Positions 63,717 through 64,000 of a DNA stretch of 64,000 nucleotides are shown piece by piece; within the stretch, counting starts at the first letter, position 1; the number at the start of each line of letters is the position of its first letter. The stretch is taken from contig CDRNST010000188.1 in assembly GCA_977016875.1 (NCBI GenBank), forward strand, positions 2,604,001-2,668,000, in the 5' to 3' direction. Below the pieces are notes generated by a model. The model was not told where the DNA came from. It did no database searches and worked only from the letters and a program-made list of their open reading frames with translations. A program made the position numbers and the translations under genes. This DNA comes from Pavona decussata (lineage: Eukaryota).

Positions 63717-64000
63717 CATCCTAACAGTATACAGGTTTTTTGTCACATGAACCTAATTAAATGGCCTTATCTTAAGGTTTTCCCCAACAAAACATTTTAT
63801 TCTTATTTTGAAAACACCTTGACAGCTTAATGGCTAATTCTCCTATAGCTAATATTCTCTATAATTTGCCTTTTATTTATTTTTAACAAACACAGCTGTT
63901 CTGATCAAATGTGGATGCAATCATGATTAAAAGTTTGCTGCTGCGAGATCGCTTTAATTATGGAAATTTATATTGCTCAAGAAAAGGAATGGCTTAACAA

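Overview
This is AT-rich, intron-rich animal genomic DNA; the repeat families suggest a scleractinian coral or related cnidarian (inference). Genes: (1) two glutathione-synthetase-like (eukaryotic ATP-grasp GSS) paralogues in head-to-head orientation. Copy A is on the - strand with exons 1-10 in the window and its 3' end beyond position 1. Copy B is on the + strand and complete (13 coding exons, 481 aa). Both have altered substrate-binding loops. (2) A candidate orphan multi-exon gene or pseudogene between them, starting MGCSTNK. (3) Two tandem, single-coding-exon Maf-type bZIP genes, each with upstream kB- and CRE-like motifs. (4) A multi-exon adhesion GPCR on the - strand (Ser/Thr stalk, GAIN/GPS, 7TM, C-terminal TSV), 5'-incomplete. 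Introns and intergenic DNA hold many mobile elements: a Penelope fragment with a hammerhead motif, LINE fragments, tRNA-derived SINEs, TA- and TTAA-target MITEs, and a degenerate Crypton-type tyrosine-recombinase element. That element carries an internal site that is the reverse complement of its own end-to-end junction. A 210-N gap lies at 18719-18928. Exon coordinates were read by hand, and human GSS residue numbers are recalled, not computed.
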